A stretch of DNA of 23,795 bases. Source: an uncultured Deinococcales bacterium (GTDB lineage Bacteria; Deinococcota; Deinococci; Deinococcales; JAAFIG01). Shown here one piece after another: positions 8,464-17,872 of the stretch. The notes beneath the pieces were generated by a model. That model saw only the letters and a list, made by a program, of their open reading frames with translations, did no database searches and was not told the origin of the DNA. The position numbers and the translations under genes were made by a program. Location: contig CAXTTL010000048.1 in assembly GCA_964247135.1 (NCBI GenBank), positions 1 through 23,795 of the forward strand. Reading direction: 5' to 3'. Within the stretch, counting starts at the first letter, position 1. The number at the start of each line of letters is the position of its first letter.

Positions 8464-10362
8464 TTATTGAAAATTCCCGCCATTGTAACTGCTGGCGACC
8501 GTGCTCGGCACGGTGAAGCTGCGGTTGCTGCCGCCCTCATAGGTGTTGTCGAGCGTAAATTTAAACTGCATGGCTTGGGCGTAAGGCAAATTGCGGGTCA
8601 CAGTCCAATCGCAGGCTGTGCCGCTGCAATTGCTGGCACTCATCAACATTTTATTGGTTAAATTCCAGCTTCCAAGTTCCGTGGTGCTGCCAACCAGGTA
8701 AATGTTCTGACCCAAATTGGTGTTGGCACGAACTTTGAAAGTCACCGCCGAAGTGCTTGGCGGCGGCGTTACGCCGCCAGCGCGGTAGATGGCGGCAGTT
8801 TGGGCGGGGATGCTGACGCTCAACGCACCAGATGCCACGGTGCTCGAGCCTCCGGCAATGGCATCCGTGAAGACTGTGCCGTTGGTTAAAGCGGCGCGGT
8901 CGGCGGCAGTGATGCCCGTGTTGGCTTGAATGTTCAAGAACACGTTGGCGGCTTGCGTGCCGTTGTTAAAGACCACAATCACACGGCTGCTGCCCGATCC
9001 ACGGTAAAACGCGTAAACGTTGGTGCTCGAGCCGTTGGGACGCCACATTTCGCTGTAATAACCGTCGTACAGGGCTGGGGTGTCGGCGCGAATTTGAGCC
9101 AGGAGTTTGGTGCGATTATAGGTTAAATTGGGGCTGGAAATGGTTAAGCCGTTCGGTACGGCGCTGCTGCGGGTGGCGTCCGTCCAAGCCCAGGATGGCA
9201 TGTCTTTGCGGTTGTCTGGGTCGCTGCCGCCGTACATGCCCAGTTCGTTGCCGTAGTACAGTTGCGGAATCCCTGGGATGGTAAACAATGCAGCCAAGCC
9301 GAGGTGGTAACGGTTGCGAATGTCGCTTTCCGCAACGCCAAAACCAGGTTCGTTGGTGAAGCGTGGCAGGTCGTGGTTGTCGAGCAAGTTGGTCATCATC
9401 AGGGTTTGGTTGATCCCCAGGGTGTTGATGGTGTCCTGAACTCGAGCCGCCACGGCATCCAAACTGCCCGCTTTGGCAAAACCGCTGACCAGGCTGTCGC
9501 GCAAGTAAAAGTTGAACATCGAATCAAAACCGGTGTTCAAATACGTCTGGTATCTCGAGAGTGAACCCGTGTCGAGCAGTTCGCCGACCAGGAACAAATC
9601 GCTTTTGATGCTGCGCACGCCAGGAACCCAGGAATTTTGAAAATAACTTGGGATCACGTGTTTGACCGTGTCCATGCGAATGCCGTCGAGCGCAAAACGG
9701 CTCGTCCAACCTTTTGACAAATTGGTGAGGTACGTTGCGACGTTGGCGTCTTGGTGTTTGAAATCTGGCAGTCCCGCCAATGGACAGGTGATGTCGTCTG
9801 GACAAGGTCCAGTCTGAAACCAAGTCGGTTGTTGGGTGGTGACGCTGGCGTTGTAACCGGCGTGGTTGACAACCATATCGAGAATAAATTTCATGTTATT
9901 GCTGTGCAGATCAGTGACCAAACCCGTCAGGTCGCTGCTGGTTCCCATTTTCGGCTCGAGCGCGGCGTCGTCTGGGCTGGCGAGGTTCGCCCAATAACCG
10001 TGATAGCCGCAAGAATTGTTGATAACCCCAATTTGCTTGTTGGCGGGCGTGACCCACAGAGCGGTTGCCCCAAGGTCTTTGAGGTAGGCGATTTTCTGGC
10101 GCAGTCCCGCCCAGTCTCCGCCGTGAAATTTTTGCGGGTTGGCGGCATCAAGGCAGCCAGCAACGCCCAAATTGTCGTTGGCAGCGTTTCCATTGTAGAA
10201 ACGATCTGGCAAGGAAAGGTAAATCACTTGCTTGTGCCACAGGCTCGCATCCACCGCCCGAGTGCTTGGTAGCGCTTCCATAACTGGCGCAACGACAGGG
10301 TTGCTCGAGCAGGCGGCGAGCGAGGCGCATAAGAGCGCCAATCCAATGAAACGGTGTTTCAT
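8464..10362 (-). CDS. GH13 alpha-amylase family lipoprotein with C-terminal CBM20 starch-binding domain
   Basis: Lipobox SLAAC; GH13 regions DMVVNH, GIRMDTVKH, LVGELL and LLDNHD; a Pro/Ser linker followed by CBM20 VTFKVRANTNLGQNIYLVGSTTELGSW. AAGGA upstream favours ATG 10362. Confidence 0.92.
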   Translation of the reverse strand: MKHRFIGLALLCASLAACSSNPVVAPVMEALPSTRAVDASLWHKQVIYLSLPDRFYNGNAANDNLGVAGCLDAANPQKFHGGDWAGLRQKIAYLKDLGATALWVTPANKQIGVINNSCGYHGYWANLASPDDAALEPKMGTSSDLTGLVTDLHSNNMKFILDMVVNHAGYNASVTTQQPTWFQTGPCPDDITCPLAGLPDFKHQDANVATYLTNLSKGWTSRFALDGIRMDTVKHVIPSYFQNSWVPGVRSIKSDLFLVGELLDTGSLSRYQTYLNTGFDSMFNFYLRDSLVSGFAKAGSLDAVAARVQDTINTLGINQTLMMTNLLDNHDLPRFTNEPGFGVAESDIRNRYHLGLAALFTIPGIPQLYYGNELGMYGGSDPDNRKDMPSWAWTDATRSSAVPNGLTISSPNLTYNRTKLLAQIRADTPALYDGYYSEMWRPNGSSTNVYAFYRGSGSSRVIVVFNNGTQAANVFLNIQANTGITAADRAALTNGTVFTDAIAGGSSTVASGALSVSIPAQTAAIYRAGGVTPPPSTSAVTFKVRANTNLGQNIYLVGSTTELGSWNLTNKMLMSASNCSGTACDWTVTRNLPYAQAMQFKFTLDNTYEGGSNRSFTVPSTVASSYNGGNFQ

Positions 10363-10576
10363 CTTGATCCTTTGGTTTCTTGTTTTCAATTACCCCATCA
10401 ACGTGCCAAACCATTCAGGCAGCTCGAGGCACAAGAAACATGTTTTTGTAGACCGAGCGAGTGTAACCCCGTTGATTCTGAAATTGCAAGACAATGGTTC
10501 AATGGTAAAGATTGAGACTCGAGTTCAAAATAACCCTCGAGTTCAACGTAAAACTTCACTTGGCTATAGCTTATGC

Positions 10577-10606
10577 AAACAAAAAGGCGCACCATAACGT
10601 GCGCCT
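10577..10606 (-). terminator. Intrinsic terminator of the MalK/MsmX gene
   Basis: Minus-strand 8-bp stem AGGCGCAC/GTGCGCCT followed by TTTTGTTT, just downstream of the stop at 10625. Confidence 0.7.
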
Positions 10607-10624
10607 CGAGATTGAGGGTTAAAT

Positions 10625-11716
10625 TTAGCGTCCGATGGCGAGTTCTTTTTCCATGTCAAAAGCGTGCATTCTTGATTGATCGCAGAACAACGTAACGGTA
10701 TCGCCAACCTTGACTTGGGCGTGACCATCGACCTTGGCAACCACGGTCTGACCGCCGATGTTGACCATCAAATCGGTTTCGGCACCGAGCGGTTCGACCA
10801 CTTCAACCACACCGGTCAAACGGTTCGCGCCGCCCGCGATGGTGGTTGAACCCTCGAGACCCAAGTGTTCTGGGCGAATGCCGTACCAGACTTGCTTGCC
10901 GTTGTACGCGCCCAGCGAATCGGCAAGTTTGCCTTGGGCTTCGACGCTAAAGCCGTTGCCGGAAACGGTTTTGTTGTTGACCGTGGCGGTCAAGAAGTTC
11001 ATGCTTGGGCTGCCGATAAAGCCCGCCACGAACTTGTTTTTCGGGAAGTCGTACAAATTAAGTGGGGTGTCCACTTGTTGAATAAAACCGTCCTTCATGA
11101 CGACAATTCGCGTGCCCATCGTCATGGCTTCGATTTGATCGTGGGTCACGTAAATCGTGGTGGCTTTGAGGTTTTGGTGGAGTTTGGAAATTTGTGAACG
11201 CATTTCGACGCGCAACTTGGCGTCCAAGTTTGAAAGCGGCTCGTCCATCAAGAAGACTTTTGGTTCGCGCACAATCGCGCGACCCAGCGCCACACGTTGA
11301 CGTTGACCGCCCGAAAGCTCCTTTGGCTTGCGCTCGAGCAGGTGCTCGATTTGCAAGATTTTCGCGCCGCCGCGCACGCGTTGATCGATTTGATCCTTGG
11401 GAACTTTACGCAAACGCAAACCGAACGCCATGTTCTCGTAAACGTTCATGTGCGGGTAAAGCGCGTAATTTTGGAAGACCATCGCAATGTCGCGGTCTTT
11501 GGGCGGCACGTCGTTCATGACGCGGTCACCGATGCGCAGGACACCATCTGAAATTTCCTCGAGACCCGCGATCATGCGCAGGGTCGTGGATTTACCGCAG
11601 CCCGAAGGTCCGACGAAAACAATAAATTCGCCGTCCTCGACGTTCAGATTAAAGTCGGTGACCGCGGTGGTCTTGCCGTAACGCTTGTAAATGTGCTCGA
11701 GTGCCATGTTCGCCAT
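10625..11716 (-). CDS. malK: Sugar ABC transporter ATP-binding protein, MalK/MsmX/UgpC family
   Basis: GPSGCGKST, VFQNYALYPHM, LSGGQRQRVALGR, LMDEPLSNLDAKLR, YVTHDQ, FVAGFIGSP and a C-terminal TOBE region. RBS AAGGA precedes ATG 11716. Confidence 0.95.
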   Translation of the reverse strand: MANMALEHIYKRYGKTTAVTDFNLNVEDGEFIVFVGPSGCGKSTTLRMIAGLEEISDGVLRIGDRVMNDVPPKDRDIAMVFQNYALYPHMNVYENMAFGLRLRKVPKDQIDQRVRGGAKILQIEHLLERKPKELSGGQRQRVALGRAIVREPKVFLMDEPLSNLDAKLRVEMRSQISKLHQNLKATTIYVTHDQIEAMTMGTRIVVMKDGFIQQVDTPLNLYDFPKNKFVAGFIGSPSMNFLTATVNNKTVSGNGFSVEAQGKLADSLGAYNGKQVWYGIRPEHLGLEGSTTIAGGANRLTGVVEVVEPLGAETDLMVNIGGQTVVAKVDGHAQVKVGDTVTLFCDQSRMHAFDMEKELAIGR

Positions 11717-12067
11717 GAGTCGATTTCCTTTTTCTGCCCGCGCTCTCGTACACTGAAAATTGATGTGTACGACTGGGGTCAATCACAAGAGGGCTTCTGC
11801 GACCAAAATGCCATATTCGATTGTCATTTCTGACCCATGAAGTCTAACAATTCCAAAGCACATGTGCAAGAAGTTGACAATGCTCGAGAGTCCACGCTGA
11901 CACTCGGGTTTTTCAACCCTGAGCGCATCCGTTCAGCGAACAAAGTCTTGTTTTTTACGCCAGCAGTGCAACGAACTCGAGCACAAAAACCCTCGAGTTT
12001 AATATGAATCGAGGTCATTTCGCGCTGGCTTGGAGTTAAACCAAATTTGCCCGAGGCTAAATTGAGT

Positions 12068-13735
12068 TTAACTCAGCAATGATGGATGACCACTTTTTCG
12101 GGCGGCTTTGTTTTGGTACATTCGCGCATCGGCACGGCTGATGACTTCGGTGGGTTGTGGGTGCTCAGACCCGTAGGCAACCCCAATGCTCGCGCCAACA
12201 TCTGGGAAACCTGCTTCGCGCAATTTGATTTCGATACGACCAATGGCAGTCCTTAAACCGTATTCGTGACGTTTTTGCGCAATCAAGGTAAATTCGTCGC
12301 CGCCGAGCCGGTAACTCGAGATGCCATCGGTTTCCAAACTTTTCAGGTGCGCCGCAAAACGTCGCAAGAGTTCATCGCCTCGAGCGTGCCCATACTGGTC
12401 ATTGACGGCTTTTAAACCGTCCAGGTCGATCATCACCAGCATCAGTTGGTCTGGTTCGGTGCGGGTCACGGGGTTGTTGTACATGATCTTCAAAGCCGAT
12501 TCAAAAGCGTGTCTGTTGCCAATGCCGGTCATGGCGTCGGTGTTGGCGAGCGCCAAGGCTTGTGTCGCCCTGGTGAACGATTCATCGCGGTCGCGTTGTA
12601 GGGCGCGAATCCGTTCGGCGAGGGCAAACGCCAGCAACAAACCTTCGAGCGTCGTACCGAGCACGGTGAGCAAATCGGCATTTTCGACCACATCTGGGAT
12701 CAAACCGACGTTGGCGGGCAGAATCAGCGAGCCTGGAATAAGCAGCGCAATGAATGCCAGCACAAAATACGGCGCGGCACGAAAACCACGTCGCCAGCTT
12801 TGAATGCCGCAAATCAGGGCAAGCACCAATTGAATGCTGATGACCAGCGTTGCCAGCGAGTGCATCAGTGACAGCGACAAGAAGCTCGAGGGCAGCAGAA
12901 TGGTAGACAAAATGATGTTGCCCCAACTGAGCCGCGCCAAGAGCGGCGACCAACTCGAGACTTGCAAAAATCGTAGGTAAAACAGGGTGTTGGTGATTGG
13001 AATCAGGAAAAACCAAATGTAATGGAGGCGAAGGTCGTGCCAGCCAAACAACGCCGTTGGGATGTGAAAGGTGAACGCCCAACCCAAACAGGTCACGCCA
13101 AGGTACAGTGCGTAATAGAACAAACTGAGGTCGCGGGTCGAGACGTAAATAAAAAAGTTGTAAAAACCCAAGCACAAGAGCGCCCCGAGCGCCCCCAAGG
13201 TCAAGACGTTTTCGACCAAGACATGATGCTGATACTCGGTTTGCAGCATGACCCGAAACCCAGGTTGCGAAGCGTAATACGGACTCGAGAAACGCGCCAC
13301 AATGCTGTATCGCACTTTTGGTTTGAGGGAAATGTCGTTGCCGTAATGCAGCGTGTACGGCAGATGGCGTTGATAACCCGTTTTGAAATTTTGCAGGCTG
13401 CCATCCGAGCCATAAATTCGCACGTCCACCAGGTTAATCAATGTGCCGTAAGGATCAAACACCCAATCCCAATTGCTGGTTTTGTTTTCGACTGCTTGCA
13501 CAAACCAGTACGAGCCACCCAACAGATTCACTTTGGTGACGGGTTTTAAGGCTTTGAGCCAGCTAGAAATCTGTGCTGCCTGCGGAAAATCTGGTGACTG
13601 TTGCAGGTACAATGTGCCGTTTAAGGGGAATTCTTTGCGATCCAAAGTCTCGAGAGACGTTTGTGCCGAGGCATGGGCTGTCAAGAAAAACAGCAACAAC
13701 CAGAGGTTGATGATCACTCGAGGAAAGAGACTCAC
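12068..13735 (-). CDS. Diguanylate cyclase with 7TM-DISM extracellular sensor and 7TM region
   Basis: Signal-like N-terminus, a beta-rich extracellular domain, about 7 TM helices ending LLAFALAER, then DAMTGIGNR, IDLDGLKAVNDQYGHARGD, YRLGGDEF and ADARMY. The start is uncertain; GTG 13735 was chosen because it lies 8 nt after TACAAT. Confidence 0.9.
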   Translation of the reverse strand: MSLFPRVIINLWLLLFFLTAHASAQTSLETLDRKEFPLNGTLYLQQSPDFPQAAQISSWLKALKPVTKVNLLGGSYWFVQAVENKTSNWDWVFDPYGTLINLVDVRIYGSDGSLQNFKTGYQRHLPYTLHYGNDISLKPKVRYSIVARFSSPYYASQPGFRVMLQTEYQHHVLVENVLTLGALGALLCLGFYNFFIYVSTRDLSLFYYALYLGVTCLGWAFTFHIPTALFGWHDLRLHYIWFFLIPITNTLFYLRFLQVSSWSPLLARLSWGNIILSTILLPSSFLSLSLMHSLATLVISIQLVLALICGIQSWRRGFRAAPYFVLAFIALLIPGSLILPANVGLIPDVVENADLLTVLGTTLEGLLLAFALAERIRALQRDRDESFTRATQALALANTDAMTGIGNRHAFESALKIMYNNPVTRTEPDQLMLVMIDLDGLKAVNDQYGHARGDELLRRFAAHLKSLETDGISSYRLGGDEFTLIAQKRHEYGLRTAIGRIEIKLREAGFPDVGASIGVAYGSEHPQPTEVISRADARMYQNKAARKSGHPSLLS

Positions 13736-13864
13736 GTTAGGGTATTGTAACCGTTTTCGCACCGTTTTTAAATAGCGGCTTGAATCACAAAGTTCAACAA
13801 CCCTTGGCGCTCGAGTGCAGGATTCAGACAAAGCTTCATTCTGTGAAACGCTTATACTTTACCA

Positions 13865-16800
13865 ATGCCCAATAACCCAAATTATCTGTACCCCGCAGGT
13901 TCGGTCATAATGCACTCACCGTTGATGCTCGAGAACTCGGACATGTACGGTTATTTTGCCAAAGGCAATTTAAAGAACTTGCAAGCCAGCATTGATGGCA
14001 CGCTAAACACCACGGCTGGCAGCAAACTGAACTTTCAAGTCATCTCGCCGTATGTGCTTTTAACCTTTACCAATGTTGGTCATGCGTACTCGCAAAACCC
14101 AGTTGACCAAGCCAAAGGCTGGATTCAAGAAACCGACATCATCACCTGGATCATGGTCGGGCAGATGGCTGCAAACGGCAAACTCGAGCGAATTTTCTTT
14201 TACCCGTTTCATATCTTCGTCAACGACACGATGGCACTCATCAACGGACGCGAGTTGTTCGGCTATCCCAAGTACGACTGCCAGTACACCATGCCAGGCG
14301 TTGGCGGCAGTCAAACCGATTGCACCCTCAGCGTTAAAGGTTTTCAACCGTTCTCGAGCGACACCGAAATTGCTTGGCATCCGCTGCTCGAGGTCAACGC
14401 CGTCACCAGCAACAAACCGCACAAAATCATTAACGGCGGTTGGCTCGAGTTTTTAAAAGAGGTTTTTGAGATTTTAAAATCAATACCCGACTTTTTAAAC
14501 ATGGACGTGGCAGGTTGGGAAGATGTGATTTCGATGTTGCTCGTGCCGAGGGTCGATCAAATTTTCTTAAAGCAATTTCCAGATTCGGCGGGCGTCAAAG
14601 CTGTTTATCAAAGTGTGCTGACCGCACCTGCAATGGTTGATAAAATTCACAGTGTCAAATTGTTGGGTGACGATTACAGCCTCAATCTCCATCAGGTCGC
14701 CAGCTTTCCGCTCGCCGATTCGCTCGGGCTGACGCTCGGCGTGCAAAACGTCTTGCTGCCATTCAACCTCAACTTTGATTTTTCAGTCCCACCAGGCGAG
14801 GTTCTGGCAGACAACTCGAGCCTCCCGCCCCAGAAGGTGGCGATTCTGGGCGGTGGCGTGGGTTCGATGACCTCAGCGTATTACCTCAGCAGTCAACCAG
14901 GCTGGCAAGAAAAATACGACATCACCGTGTACCAAATGGGTTGGCGTTTGGGCGGCAAGGGCGCGAGTGGACGCAACGCCGCCTTCGGGCAACGCATCGA
15001 AGAGCACGGTTTGCACATTTGGTTTGGCTTTTACGACAACGCCTTTAAAATGCTGCGCGAGGCTTACGACACGCTGGCTCGACCCGCAGGCGCTCCACTC
15101 GCCACCTGGCAAGACGCCTTCAAACCACAAGATTACATCGTGCTGACCGAATGGATTAACGAGCAGTGGAAAATCTGGAACCTCGAGTTTCCGCACATGC
15201 CAGGTACGCCAGGTGACGGCACAGAGAAACTCAGCATGTTCGACAGCGCCGAAGCTTTGCTGACTTGGGTTCGAGGTTGGATTCATGACGCGCACCGCCT
15301 GAGCGCCACCAAACCACCAATCTCGAGCGAACCGCACGAAAATTGGTTGCAACGCCTTGCCAGCACTTTAGAGCGCGACGTTGAAGATGTGGTGGTTGAC
15401 GTTCGGGTTGTGATTGACGGACTGACTGGCGCGTTCAAGAACCTCAAAACCCACGAAGACCATTCGATGATTTCTGCCAGCTTGCGCGGCGTCAAAAAAT
15501 GGTTGATGCACCTTTTGGACCAGAAACTCGAGGACAACGACGAACTGCGCCGCGTGTTTATTTGCGCCGACCTGGGCATCACGGTGTTGATTGGAATGCT
15601 CGAGGATGGCGTGTTCGAGCACGGTTTTGACGTGATGAACAACATTGACTTTAGAGACTGGCTGACCAAGTACGGCGCGAACGTTCAATTTTCGGTGGAC
15701 AGCGCCCCAGTTCGCGGTTTTTACGATCTGGTGTTTGCCTTTGAAGGCGGCGATTTGAACAAACCCAACATCGAAGCGGGCACGTTGCTTCGCGCCATGA
15801 TGCTGATTGGCATTGCTTACAAAGGCAGCATCATGTTCAAAATGCAGGCAGGCATGGGCGACACGATTTTCAGCCCGATGTACCAAGTTTTAAAAGAGCG
15901 CGGCGTGAAATTCAAGTTCTTCCATAAAGTTGAAGAACTCATCCCAGACGATACGGGAATTGCCAAAATTCGCCTGACCGAACAAGTCCAAATCTCGAGC
16001 GGCAACGCGCAATATCAACCTTTTGTTTACGTTAACGGTCTGGCATGTTGGGGACACCAACCCAATTACGACCAAATTCTGCCAGCCGAAGCCGAACTCT
16101 TGCAGCAGAACAACATCAACCTCGAGTCGAGTTGGAGCAACTGGGCAGACGTCTACCAAAGCGCGTTCGGCTCTCCCCTGCCCAGTGTCACGCTCGAGCG
16201 TGGCAAAGATTTTGACTTGGTGATTTTTGGGATTTCCAAAGGTTCATTGACCGCGTTGTGCCCGCAATTGCTGGCAAAAAGTTCTGCCATGACCAAAATG
16301 AACAACGCCGTGCAAACCGTGGCGACCCAAGCCTATCAAGTCTGGCTGACCAAAGACCTTGCCGACCTGGGCTGGACGAACCAACCGAACGGGCAAGAAC
16401 CCGTCTTGAGCGGCTACACCGAACCGTTTGACACTTGGGCGCCAATGGATCAATTGCTGGTGCGCGAAGACTGGAAAGCGGGAGCGCAAAACCCAAAAAA
16501 CGTCTCGTACTTTTGCAGCGTGCTGCCGATCTCGAGCTTCCCGCCGTTTAGCGATTACGGCTTCCCCGCCAAAATGTCAGAAATGGTCAAGCAAGGCGCG
16601 ATCAACCAACTCGAGCATCACATGCAAGCGTTGATGCCCAATGCCGTGACGGTTGACGGATTTCAATGGGATTGGTTGACCGACACCAGCAGCGCGACGG
16701 GTAAAACCAGGTTTGACAGCCAATACTGGCGAGCCAACATTGACCCAAGCGAACAATACGTCATGAGTGTGGTTGACAGCACCGCACAGAGGCTCGAGAC

Positions 16801-16957
16801 GGACGGGAGTGGCTTTGCGAACTTGTACTTGACGGGTGACTGGATCAAAACCAACATCAACGCGGGGTGCGTTGAGGCTGCGGTCATGGCGGGAATGCAA
16901 ACCTCGAGAGCGATTTCAGGATTTCCGAAGGTGATTCAAGGCGAAAAAGATTTTTAG
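13865..16957 (+). CDS. Fusion of an acetoacetate-decarboxylase-like domain and an FAD/NAD(P)-binding oxidoreductase (amine oxidase/carotene desaturase-like)
   Basis: N-domain has GRELFGYPK (ADC-family Schiff-base Lys). From about aa 323: KVAILGGGVG, RLGGKGASGR, EEHGLHIWFGFY, and C-terminal NLYLTGDW...GCVEAAVMAG. TATACT 13853-13858 lies 6 nt before ATG. Confidence 0.8.
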   Translation: MPNNPNYLYPAGSVIMHSPLMLENSDMYGYFAKGNLKNLQASIDGTLNTTAGSKLNFQVISPYVLLTFTNVGHAYSQNPVDQAKGWIQETDIITWIMVGQMAANGKLERIFFYPFHIFVNDTMALINGRELFGYPKYDCQYTMPGVGGSQTDCTLSVKGFQPFSSDTEIAWHPLLEVNAVTSNKPHKIINGGWLEFLKEVFEILKSIPDFLNMDVAGWEDVISMLLVPRVDQIFLKQFPDSAGVKAVYQSVLTAPAMVDKIHSVKLLGDDYSLNLHQVASFPLADSLGLTLGVQNVLLPFNLNFDFSVPPGEVLADNSSLPPQKVAILGGGVGSMTSAYYLSSQPGWQEKYDITVYQMGWRLGGKGASGRNAAFGQRIEEHGLHIWFGFYDNAFKMLREAYDTLARPAGAPLATWQDAFKPQDYIVLTEWINEQWKIWNLEFPHMPGTPGDGTEKLSMFDSAEALLTWVRGWIHDAHRLSATKPPISSEPHENWLQRLASTLERDVEDVVVDVRVVIDGLTGAFKNLKTHEDHSMISASLRGVKKWLMHLLDQKLEDNDELRRVFICADLGITVLIGMLEDGVFEHGFDVMNNIDFRDWLTKYGANVQFSVDSAPVRGFYDLVFAFEGGDLNKPNIEAGTLLRAMMLIGIAYKGSIMFKMQAGMGDTIFSPMYQVLKERGVKFKFFHKVEELIPDDTGIAKIRLTEQVQISSGNAQYQPFVYVNGLACWGHQPNYDQILPAEAELLQQNNINLESSWSNWADVYQSAFGSPLPSVTLERGKDFDLVIFGISKGSLTALCPQLLAKSSAMTKMNNAVQTVATQAYQVWLTKDLADLGWTNQPNGQEPVLSGYTEPFDTWAPMDQLLVREDWKAGAQNPKNVSYFCSVLPISSFPPFSDYGFPAKMSEMVKQGAINQLEHHMQALMPNAVTVDGFQWDWLTDTSSATGKTRFDSQYWRANIDPSEQYVMSVVDSTAQRLETDGSGFANLYLTGDWIKTNINAGCVEAAVMAGMQTSRAISGFPKVIQGEKDF

Positions 16958-17805
16958 TTTTTGACCACCGAAAGGTTTTTCAGACGCTCGAGACGCGACG
17001 GTTCTGATTCGGTCAACCAGGCGTCTTGAGCCAGTATTTCGTGAGCGCGAGCAAAGTGAATTGCGGCTTCAACAGGTTTCTCGAGCGCCAACAGATTCTC
17101 GGCAATTTCTTCAGAAACGTATCCATCGGTTAAACCTTGTGCATCAAGTTGCTCGAGCAAACTGCGCTGAACCTCGAGCGCTTCGGGGTACTTCTCGAGT
17201 GACCGCAACACCCGAGCTTCACTCCACCGCGCAATGCGTTGCTTTTCGGGGTTTTGCGCGTGAAGCTGCACGGTTTCTTGGAACAATTCGAGCGCTTCGG
17301 AAAACCTGCCAAAATTGTGCAAATCCCAAGCGATGTTGTTGAGCAAACTGGTTTTCCAAGCTCGAGCACGTTCATCTTGAGAATTTCGCACCAATTCGAG
17401 CGCCAAGAAGTTCCACTCGAACGACTTTTCACCCTGCTCGAGCAACGCCAGCATGTGCGCCGCGTCCACGGTGAACGCATCTTCGTGCAAACGTTGGCTT
17501 AACTCGAACGCCTGATGAAACAATGGTTTTGCCAAATCAGGTTTTTTGGAAGACCGAAACACCCGCCCACGCTCGAGAAAATACCGAACTTGCGCTCGAG
17601 AATCTGTAGTAAGAATTTTGCTCGCCTCATCAAGGGTCGCGTGTGCTTCATCAAAACGACGCTGCAAACCTTGAGTGCGGGCAATTTGGGTCAATAATTC
17701 CGCCAGTTTTTCGGGTTGACTCGAGAATTCTGATTGAAGCTCGAGGAATTTTTGTTCGGTGGTTGTGGGGTCGTTGAAATTCCAGAGGGTATCGAAGTTG
17801 GTCAT
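16954..17805 (-). CDS. Tetratricopeptide-repeat protein
   Basis: All-helical A/L/E-rich repeats (QIARTQGLQRRFDEAHATL, NNIAWDLHNFGRFSEALELF, EARVLRSLEKYPEAL). RBS GGAG. The stop overlaps the convergent gene by 4 nt. Confidence 0.8.
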   Translation of the reverse strand: MTNFDTLWNFNDPTTTEQKFLELQSEFSSQPEKLAELLTQIARTQGLQRRFDEAHATLDEASKILTTDSRAQVRYFLERGRVFRSSKKPDLAKPLFHQAFELSQRLHEDAFTVDAAHMLALLEQGEKSFEWNFLALELVRNSQDERARAWKTSLLNNIAWDLHNFGRFSEALELFQETVQLHAQNPEKQRIARWSEARVLRSLEKYPEALEVQRSLLEQLDAQGLTDGYVSEEIAENLLALEKPVEAAIHFARAHEILAQDAWLTESEPSRLERLKNLSVVKN

Positions 17806-17827
17806 TCATTCTCCTTAAACTCGGTCA

Positions 17828-17844
17828 TTATGTTACTATCATAA
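17828..17844. promoter_or_regulatory. RDRM-like 17-bp palindrome (candidate DdrO operator)
   Basis: TTATGTTACTATCATAA has the TTATG-N7-CATAA geometry of Deinococcus radiation/desiccation response motifs and overlaps a TGn-TACTAT extended -10. Confidence 0.55.
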
Positions 17845-17872
17845 CAATTTTTGAATCCATCACAGGAGCAAT

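Noticed and set aside
10232-10597. 121-aa plus-strand ORF in the amylase upstream region
   Set aside because: It overlaps the amylase start antisense and runs into the malK terminator, with no RBS or motif.
11783-12067. ncRNA or small CDS (64-aa minus ORF 11824-12018) in the malK-DGC gap
   Set aside because: No recognisable RNA family motif or protein motif. TTGACA at 11875 has no properly spaced -10.
13843-13856. Second LacI/cre-like box (GTGAAACGCTTATA) over the -10 of the ADC-FAD gene
   Set aside because: Only the central AANCGNTT matches, which is too weak to support.
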